17,611 nucleotides of DNA, from the NCBI GenBank assembly GCA_963932905.1, contig CAWVRN010000045.1, forward strand, positions 1 through 17,611, written 5' to 3'. The notes under the pieces were generated by a model that was not told where the DNA came from, searched no databases, and saw only the letters and a list, made by a program, of their open reading frames with translations. A program made the translations under genes and the position numbers. This document shows, piece by piece, positions 16,241-17,611 of the stretch (its first letter is position 1; every line of letters begins with the position of its first letter). The stretch comes from an uncultured Bdellovibrio sp. (GTDB lineage Bacteria; Bdellovibrionota; Bdellovibrionia; Bdellovibrionales; Bdellovibrionaceae).

Positions 16241-17600
16241 CTAAAACCTCTTTTCTTTGTGGTAATAAAAGTTCATCCACCTTTTGTGGCAATAAAAACG
16301 GCGTCTGGATTTCATGCTCATCTGCACCGCGAAGGTAAATCCCGCGTCCTTTTATATTGGGCAACTCGCAGGCTGTTTTTGATCCTAAGACGGCAAGACT
16401 TCCGCCTAAGTCGTTTAACCTGAAGCAAATGGTCGATGTGAGATTGGACCGGACTTGCACATCAACGATGTTTCGATCGGGCCTTTGGGTCCCAAGCACT
16501 AAATGAATTCCGCAGGATCGTCCAAGCCGCGCGATTTTAGAGAGTGCTTCTTTAGCAGACTTTACTTCGCTGGTCTGAAGCGTTCCGCCGCTCAAGACAA
16601 GTTCGGCAAATTCATCCACTACCATAAAAATTCGGTGGCCACATTCATCCTTAAGTCTTTCTTCTTTAGATTTTGATAAAAATATCTCGCTTTTGTGATA
16701 CTCAGCGAGATTTTCCTGCCCCAGATTCTTTAGTTTTTCCATCCGAATTTGAATTTGTTTTACGACCCCTTCAATCATGCCAAGGGCTGTCTTAGCGTCA
16801 AACGCTAGATCCGCTCTATTGATATGTTCAAAACCTTTAAAATCACCGCCATTCTTTAAATCCACGATTTTTAAAACCGTTTCTGGATGATTTAATTTTA
16901 TTGTGGCAAGCATTTGTCGAATAAAGTATGTTTTACCACCGCCGCTTTCCCCAGCAACAAGCATATGGGGGTCTTGCATAAAATCAATTTCAAATTGAGT
17001 TGTTCTATTTTGCCCGACTAAAAATCTGTAGCCACGAAATCTTTCGGGATACGTTAGCGTGAAATGGGTAGGCATTGGACGAGTTGAAAACACAATTTCG
17101 ATAATGCCTTTATCCTGAACCATATCGATCGTATCAATATAAACTCTTAGATTAGCCTCGATACGCTCTTTTCTTGATCTCCACTCGTTAAGACTGATGC
17201 CGTTATTAGTCAGTCTTAATTTTAAAGACTCATCGTCTTTTGTCTCAAGAGAAATGAAACTTGGATATTCTTTGAGCGCATTTTGAAGACCGGACCTATC
17301 AAATGAGTTTCGTAGCTCCAAAATGAACATCGTTCTTAGCGCCGCATGGTAGATCCCATAGATAAGCACAGGAGCAGTTCCAACAAAAAACTGCAAAACT
17401 GAGTATAGGTGATGATCATAGAAACTGGCTTTGCCATAGTAAAATAGAATTTTTCCATCCAGTCCCAAGATGAAAATTATAAACATCAAAGTTGTGGCGG
17501 TGAAACACCATGTGGCATCGGCATATCCCCGAAATGCGGCACAAAAAGGCTCGCAAATAGCCCTCCATAAAAAACCGATCACTAGTAGAAAACGATCCAT
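16224..17600 (-). CDS. FtsK/SpoIIIE-family ATPase with N-terminal TM segments (coupling-protein-like)
   Basis: PHMLVAGESGGGKT (Walker A), IVDLK, VVDEFAEL (Walker B), ARLGRSCGIHLVLGTQRP; no C-terminal gamma/wHTH domain. Confidence 0.93.
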   Translation of the reverse strand: MDRFLLVIGFLWRAICEPFCAAFRGYADATWCFTATTLMFIIFILGLDGKILFYYGKASFYDHHLYSVLQFFVGTAPVLIYGIYHAALRTMFILELRNSFDRSGLQNALKEYPSFISLETKDDESLKLRLTNNGISLNEWRSRKERIEANLRVYIDTIDMVQDKGIIEIVFSTRPMPTHFTLTYPERFRGYRFLVGQNRTTQFEIDFMQDPHMLVAGESGGGKTYFIRQMLATIKLNHPETVLKIVDLKNGGDFKGFEHINRADLAFDAKTALGMIEGVVKQIQIRMEKLKNLGQENLAEYHKSEIFLSKSKEERLKDECGHRIFMVVDEFAELVLSGGTLQTSEVKSAKEALSKIARLGRSCGIHLVLGTQRPDRNIVDVQVRSNLTSTICFRLNDLGGSLAVLGSKTACELPNIKGRGIYLRGADEHEIQTPFLLPQKVDELLLPQRKEVLDDVSI

Positions 17601-17611
17601 TAACCAGTTGT

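Larger units (their letters stand above)
11941..17611 (-). mobile_element. integrative (probably mobilizable or conjugative) element inserted at tRNA-His; far end outside the window
   Basis: LSR overlaps the tRNA 3' end; the co-oriented cluster includes FtsK, Replic_Relax-like and TraV-like genes. Confidence 0.85.

Noticed and set aside
16224..17600. Chromosomal cell-division ftsK
   Set aside because: Too short, lacks the long linker and gamma domain, and lies within a mobile cluster.
11941..17611. Prophage call
   Set aside because: No structural, terminase or lysis genes visible; cannot be excluded beyond the window.

Overview
The window has two parts. (1) 1-11.9 kb is host chromosome, probably Bdellovibrionota-like (inferred only from gene style: many secreted, Cys-rich hypotheticals and lipoproteins). 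It contains a REP-like palindromic repeat, gloA, a secreted RNase T2, an acetoacetate-decarboxylase-fold protein, a double-PspC protein, a TetR-fadE operon with a visible promoter and operator, a secreted HExxH metalloprotease with an overlapping partner gene, and a possible clan CD peptidase. (2) From tRNA-His(GTG) at 11886-11962 to the window end lies one arm of an integrated mobile element, all on the minus strand: FtsK/SpoIIIE ATPase, Replic_Relax-like nuclease, TraV-like lipoprotein, RHH-like protein, 71-aa protein, an apparently catalytically dead resolvase-domain-only protein, and a large serine recombinase (LSR). The LSR's last codons and stop lie on the antisense strand of the tRNA, and its 3' coding region carries the tRNA's terminator. 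The best candidate for an undescribed system is this tRNA-targeting LSR plus pseudo-recombinase module combined with an FtsK/Replic_Relax transfer or replication module. The far boundary of the element is outside the window. All family calls are from motif recognition, not database searches.
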